The notes below the pieces were generated by a model. It was given only the letters and a program-made list of their open reading frames with translations, did no database searches and was not told the DNA's origin. Below, one piece after another: positions 36,015-37,152 of a stretch of 37,152 nucleotides of DNA (position 1 is its first letter; every line of letters begins with the position of its first letter). The DNA comes from an uncultured Bacillales bacterium (lineage in GTDB: Bacteria > Bacillota_I > Bacilli_A > RFN20 > CAG-826). The stretch is from positions 1 to 37,152 of the forward strand of contig CAMOSS010000003.1 in the NCBI GenBank assembly GCA_946625055.1, given 5' to 3'. The position numbers and the translations under genes were made by a program.

Positions 36015-37152
36015 ATGTCAAAATATGTCGGTACAATCTCAAGAGGAATTAAACTCCCTATCTTAAAAGAAGGCGATGATTTAAAACAAATCGTTGTCGA
36101 CAGTGTCCTTGCTGCTAGCAAGGGTGATGGATTCGAACTCCATGATAGAGATGTCGTTGCTATCACTGAATCAGTGGTCGCAAGAAGCCAAGGCAACTAT
36201 GCTTCAATCGATGCCATTGCTAAAGATGTTAGAGCAAAATTTAATGGAGGCACCATCGGTGTTATCTTCCCAATCCTTTCAAGAAATAGATTCGCTATCC
36301 TCTTAAAAGGTATTGCTAGAGGTGCAGATAAAATCGTCTTAATGCTCTCCTATCCATCAGACGAAGTTGGTAACGCTTTATTAACATATGATGAATTAGA
36401 TGCCAAAGGTGTCAACCCATATAGTGATGTTCTTTCTTTAGAAAAATATAGAGAATTATTCGGACATCATCTACATGAATTCACCGGTGTTGACTACATT
36501 GATTACTACCGTGACTTAATTAAGGGTGAAGGTAGTGAAGTTGAAATCATCTTTGCTAACCAAGCCAAAACAATTCTTAACTATACAGACAAAGTCTTAA
36601 CATGTGATATTCACACAAGAGCAAGATCAAAACGCATCTTAAAAGAAAATGGTGCCAAGATTGTTCTCGGTCTTGATGAAATCCTCACTTCTTCTGTTGA
36701 TGGAAGTGGTTACAATGAAAAATATGGTTTATTAGGCTCTAATAAATCCACAGAAGATAAAGTTAAGCTCTTCCCAAGAGACGCTCAAGGATTAGTAGAA
36801 GGGGTCCAAGACGAACTCTTAAAGAGAACCGGCAAACATATCGAAGTTATGGTTTACGGTGATGGGGCCTTTAAAGACCCACAAGGAAAGATTTGGGAAC
36901 TCGCCGATCCAGTCGTCAGCCCATTCTTTACCGAAGGTTTAAGAGGCACTCCAAACGAATTAAAGCTCAAATTCCTCGCTGATAACGACTTCAAAGATCT
37001 TAAAGGTGAAGAATTAAGAAACGCTATCAAAGAAAAAATCAAAGCCAAACAAGGTAGTTTAGTCGGTAATATGGCCTCCCAAGGCACAACCCCAAGACAA
37101 TTAACAGATTTAATCGGTTCACTTTGTGATTTAACAAGTGGCTCAGGAGATA
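36015..37152 (+). CDS. CofE / coenzyme F420-0:L-glutamate ligase-like protein (3' partial, absent from the ORF track)
   Basis: Manual translation MSKYVGTISRGIKLPILKEGDDLKQIV...DRDVVAITESVVARSQG...VMVYGDGAFKDP...LIGSLCDLTSGSGD, in frame to the window edge (379 codons); GAGGT RBS at 36001-36005. Confidence 0.85.
   Translation, partial: MSKYVGTISRGIKLPILKEGDDLKQIVVDSVLAASKGDGFELHDRDVVAITESVVARSQGNYASIDAIAKDVRAKFNGGTIGVIFPILSRNRFAILLKGIARGADKIVLMLSYPSDEVGNALLTYDELDAKGVNPYSDVLSLEKYRELFGHHLHEFTGVDYIDYYRDLIKGEGSEVEIIFANQAKTILNYTDKVLTCDIHTRARSKRILKENGAKIVLGLDEILTSSVDGSGYNEKYGLLGSNKSTEDKVKLFPRDAQGLVEGVQDELLKRTGKHIEVMVYGDGAFKDPQGKIWELADPVVSPFFTEGLRGTPNELKLKFLADNDFKDLKGEELRNAIKEKIKAKQGSLVGNMASQGTTPRQLTDLIGSLCDLTSGSGD

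Noticed and set aside
1874-37087. Short antisense or off-frame ORFs in the track (e.g. 10766-11041, 17280-17606, 19811-20200, 21181-21528, 25355-25708, 27940-28305, 36094-36306, 36854-37087)
   Set aside because: All overlap well-supported genes and show no recognisable motifs; expected shadow ORFs.
1-37152. Mycoplasma-type code 4 or other stop-codon recoding
   Set aside because: All long genes are intact under code 11 with Trp as TGG; TGA serves as a plausible stop at 5757-5759 and 18541-18543.
1-37152. CRISPR array, prophage, IS element or defence system
   Set aside because: No spaced direct repeats, no intergenic gap above ~260 bp, and no cas, phage, transposase, reverse transcriptase or nuclease motifs recognised.

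Overview
Low-GC, densely coding chromosomal window (genetic code 11) from a host-associated Firmicute. A ClpB lacking its N-domain under CIRCE control, a salvage-heavy gene set and compact intergenic regions suggest an uncultured Mollicutes-related Bacilli lineage (inference). I find 30 CDSs, one of them (36015 to the right edge) missing from the supplied ORF track, plus tRNA-His(GUG), many sigma-A promoters and intrinsic terminators, a perfect CIRCE and a Fur-type box. Identifiable functions: nucleotide salvage (add + NCS2 permease, upp-prs-hpt, NrdG-like), stress/repair (clpB, mutT, fRMsr), lipid/ester handling (DegV, two esterases), fba, GH3, GT2, an EF-G paralogue, a c-di-GMP EAL protein and a Fur-metal permease unit. 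I saw no mobile element, prophage, CRISPR or rRNA. Best leads: (1) an unannotated secreted two-gene operon whose 975-aa product is four tandem ~220-250-aa beta-rich repeats resembling LolA/LppX-type lipid carriers; (2) an EF-G2 whose catalytic His is replaced (DIPGN); (3) a Cys-cluster FAD oxidoreductase coupled to a CofE/F420-ligase-like enzyme behind a palindrome-covered promoter. All calls are by eye; no database searches were run.
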